In this document: positions 61,286 to 64,000 of the stretch, in pieces
How the letters are laid out: each line of letters opens with the position of its first letter
Numbering within the stretch: the first letter of the stretch is position 1
Origin: Salaquimonas sp.
GTDB taxonomy: Bacteria; Pseudomonadota; Alphaproteobacteria; Rhizobiales; Rhizobiaceae
Assembly (NCBI GenBank): GCA_022340185.1
Contig: JAJDOK010000073.1
Location: 45,049-109,048, forward strand
Direction of reading: 5' to 3'
DNA: 64,000 nucleotides
Translations under genes and position numbers: made by a program
The notes under the pieces: model-generated
Told to the model about the DNA's origin: nothing
Databases searched by the model: none
What the model saw: only the letters and a program-made list of their open reading frames with translations

Positions 61286-61894
61286 TTACGGCTTGGTCGC
61301 GACCATCGACGGCCTTTCGGCGAATGCCGCATACCAGCCGGCGAGTTTCGGCCTGCTTTCGCGCCAGCCGGAATCGGGGAAACGATAATCGAGATAGCCG
61401 AGCGCGCACGCGACCGAGATCGAGCCCACCGACAGTGGTCCTTCCAGCAGATCCATCCATCTGGCTTCCAGATCGTCGAGCGAGGTGTTGACCTTGGCGA
61501 GCTGGCCCGCCTCCCATTTGTCCCATCGATATTCGGCTGGCCTCAGCGCCTGTTCGTAGCGGGTCAGCACCGCTGCATCCATGGTCGCATCACCCAGCGC
61601 CTCGAGCACCATCGCCCGAAAACCCGCCGCAATAGCGCTGCCCGTCAGTTTCGGTCCGGAGTGAAGACTGTCGAGATAGGCGCAGATCACGCGTGAATCG
61701 AACAGCACCGTCCCGTCGTCGAGCACCAGCGCCGGTATCTTGCCGCAAGGATTGTCTTTTGCCAGTTCCTCATTGCGGTTGACCGCGTTGGTATTGGCCT
61801 CCACCGTCGTGAGTTTGCCGGTTTGGCCGGTTTCATGCGCCAGCACCATCACCTTGCGCACAAAAGGTGATGCCGGCGAATGCCATAATTTCAT
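61286..61894 (-). CDS. glutathione S-transferase
   Basis: 202 aa with an N-terminal thioredoxin-like SPFVRKV motif and GKIPALV. Confidence 0.85.
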   Translation of the reverse strand: MKLWHSPASPFVRKVMVLAHETGQTGKLTTVEANTNAVNRNEELAKDNPCGKIPALVLDDGTVLFDSRVICAYLDSLHSGPKLTGSAIAAGFRAMVLEALGDATMDAAVLTRYEQALRPAEYRWDKWEAGQLAKVNTSLDDLEARWMDLLEGPLSVGSISVACALGYLDYRFPDSGWRESRPKLAGWYAAFAERPSMVATKP

Positions 61895-62020
61895 GTTGAC
61901 TGCCCTATCCCTGGTCCATCATCCCGCACCCGCCATGTTGATATTATGCAGTACGAGCCGATGACAAGGAGGAACGCGGTCTAATTCGTCGCATGACCGC
62001 ACTTTTCGTTGTGCGACGGA

Positions 62021-62857
62021 TCAGCCGGCCGCCAGCATTTCGCCGTCCAGCCGGCGGGAAAGGAAACCGCGAATGGCGGCATTGACCTGACGCGGTTTCT
62101 CCGTCGGCAGGGTATGGCCGGAATCGGCGACCACCACCACCTCGTTGTCCGGTAGCATTTCGGCGAGCGTGCGTCCGTTCCTGAGCGGCGTCATCCTGTC
62201 CGTCCCGGCCAGAATGCACAGGCTCGGGCAACGAAGTCCCCTCGCCGCATCCGGACCGCCTTGATAGGCCGCGCATGTCTTCAAATCCGTGGCCAGCACC
62301 CCTTTCGGATTCCTGCGCATCATGTCGAGATTGAAAAAGATATGGCTCGCGCCGGGCCAGGTATTTTCGTGAAGCTGTGCACCCGGTCCGTAAGACCACG
62401 AGGTCATGGAGGCGAACGCCTCTTCCTCCAGGTTTTCCGCCATCTCGATCAGTGCCGGGTTGACCGGAATCGCCGCCGCCGTTCCGATCAGGATGACCGC
62501 CCGGACCCGCTTCGGCGCGATCCTGGCTATTTCGAGCGCGACCAGACCGCCCATGGAGTGCCCCGCGACAACAGCCTGTTCCGCCCCGACGGCGTCCATC
62601 AGCGCAATCACCCAGCGCGCATGCGCCTCGATCCCTTCGAGCGCGCTGCCGCCAGTGCTGCCGACGCTCAGGAAATGCCCTGGGAAATCCGGCGCCATGA
62701 CATTCCATCCGTCATAGGCGAATGCGCGCGTCTGCAACGCCCAGGAAAGATGGCTGGAACCGGCGCCGTGCAGGAACAGGATCCACGGTTTGCCCTCGCC
62801 ATGTTTGCGCCCGCCCGTGGCGACATGAGCTTCCACACCCTCGACCGTTACACGCAT
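62021..62857 (-). CDS. alpha/beta hydrolase
   Basis: LHGAGSSH and GHSMGG nucleophile elbow. Its start overlaps the stop of the upstream PLP enzyme gene by 1 nt. Confidence 0.8.
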   Translation of the reverse strand: MRVTVEGVEAHVATGGRKHGEGKPWILFLHGAGSSHLSWALQTRAFAYDGWNVMAPDFPGHFLSVGSTGGSALEGIEAHARWVIALMDAVGAEQAVVAGHSMGGLVALEIARIAPKRVRAVILIGTAAAIPVNPALIEMAENLEEEAFASMTSWSYGPGAQLHENTWPGASHIFFNLDMMRRNPKGVLATDLKTCAAYQGGPDAARGLRCPSLCILAGTDRMTPLRNGRTLAEMLPDNEVVVVADSGHTLPTEKPRQVNAAIRGFLSRRLDGEMLAAG

Positions 62858-64000
62858 CAGCCCGCTCCCGACGCCTTGAGGGCCGCTTTGAATGCCCGGT
62901 CGAAATCGGTCTTCAGATCGTCGATCGATTCAAGCCCGACCGACAGGCGGATCATGTCCTCGCTTAACCCCCCCGCAATCATGTCCTCTGGTGAGATGTG
63001 CGAATGCGTCGTGGACGCGGGATGGATCACCAGCGTCTTGGTGTCGCCGACATTGGCCAGATGCGAGGCGATCTGAACATTTTCGATGAAGGCCTGGCCA
63101 GCGGCGCGACCGCCCTTCACCCCGAAGGCGATGATCGAGCCGGCCCCCTTCGGCAACAGCCTTTTTGCGACTTCATGGTCGGGATGGTCGGGCAGCGAGG
63201 GATGGCGCACCCAGGCGACCGCCTCGTGATGGGTGAGATAGTCGAGCATCGCCGCGGTATTCTTCATGTGGCGTTCCATGCGTATGGGAAGCGTCTCGAC
63301 GCCCTGCAGGATCAGGAAGGCCGACATCGGCGCCATCACCGGCCCGAAATTGTACATCGCTTCGGCGCGGATACGCGCGGTCAGCGCGATCGGCCCGTAC
63401 TCTTCCCAGAAGACGATGCCGTCGAGCGCATAGAACGGCGCGGTCAGCGTCGGCCATCTCGTTGACTGGCCCCAGTCGAACCGGCCGGATTCGATGATCG
63501 CACCGCCGAGCGCCACGCCATGGCCGCCGAGCCATTTGGTCGCCGAATGAATGACGATGTCGACACCATGTTCGAACGGCTTGAACAGCCAAGGCGTGCA
63601 GAAGGTCGCATCCATGACGATCGGAATGCCGGCTTCCCTGGCGATTGCCGACACCGCGTCGACATCGAGCACGTCGAGACCCGGATTGCCGATCATCTCG
63701 CAGAACAGGAATTTGGTGTTCGGCCGGATCGCGGCTTTTAGTCCGTCGAGATCGCGGCCATGCACGAAGGTGGTCTCCACGCCGAAGCGCGGCATCGTGT
63801 TCTTCAACAGGTTGATATTGGCGCCGTAGAGCTGCGCCGTGGAGACGATATGGTCGCCCGCCGAAACCAGCATTGCAGTAACACAGTGAAGCGCGGCCAT
63901 GCCGGAGGCTGTCGCAACGCAGGCCGCGCCGCCCTCCATCGCCGCCAGCCTCTGTTCGAGCACGGCGACCGTCGGGTTCGAGATGCGCGAGTAGAGATGG
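62857..64000 (-). CDS. O-acetylhomoserine/O-succinylhomoserine sulfhydrylase family PLP enzyme (Cys/Met metabolism), N-terminus outside the window
   Basis: HSATKWLGGHG PLP-lysine motif. The frame stays open to the window edge. Confidence 0.85.
   Translation of the reverse strand, partial: HLYSRISNPTVAVLEQRLAAMEGGAACVATASGMAALHCVTAMLVSAGDHIVSTAQLYGANINLLKNTMPRFGVETTFVHGRDLDGLKAAIRPNTKFLFCEMIGNPGLDVLDVDAVSAIAREAGIPIVMDATFCTPWLFKPFEHGVDIVIHSATKWLGGHGVALGGAIIESGRFDWGQSTRWPTLTAPFYALDGIVFWEEYGPIALTARIRAEAMYNFGPVMAPMSAFLILQGVETLPIRMERHMKNTAAMLDYLTHHEAVAWVRHPSLPDHPDHEVAKRLLPKGAGSIIAFGVKGGRAAGQAFIENVQIASHLANVGDTKTLVIHPASTTHSHISPEDMIAGGLSEDMIRLSVGLESIDDLKTDFDRAFKAALKASGAG

Overview
This is a high-GC alphaproteobacterial segment that looks Rhizobiales-like, judged from gene content and intergenic repeat types. 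It is densely coding on both strands, and I saw no rRNA, tRNA, CRISPR array, transposase or integrase. It opens with the 3' end of the rhizobial very-long-chain-fatty-acid lipid A cluster (KAS, ADH, LpxXL-like). The rest is mostly methylated-amine and one-carbon metabolism. That includes two Dpp/Opp-type ABC importers, a Bmt-like homocysteine S-methyltransferase, and a complete corrinoid methyl-transfer island. The island holds an uninterrupted MttB-family methyltransferase, a DxHxxG corrinoid protein, DUF1638, a QueG-like Fe-S protein, a MetV/MetF-like pair, a pterin-binding methyltransferase and a RACE/RamA-like activase. Also present are a dimethylglycine-dehydrogenase-like enzyme, a Rieske oxygenase and two GlxA/GbdR-type regulators. 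The items most worth follow-up: (1) the aerobe-context corrinoid demethylation island itself. (2) A low-GC PD-(D/E)xK-like ORF wedged into that operon, with its own SD and an 8-nt overlap onto the activase gene. (3) Arg/Gly-rich tails on four pathway enzymes opposite an acidic N-terminus on the corrinoid protein. (4) A 44-nt hairpin repeat with compensatory substitutions that punctuates the cluster. (5) An alpha/beta-hydrolase interrupted by an in-frame TAG exactly at its HGG motif. (6) An ABC ATPase carrying an AKP-rich, HhH-like C-terminal module. Many long antisense ORFs in the track are GC-driven artefacts. Start codons were refined by hand from SD motifs and carry about +/-30 nt uncertainty.
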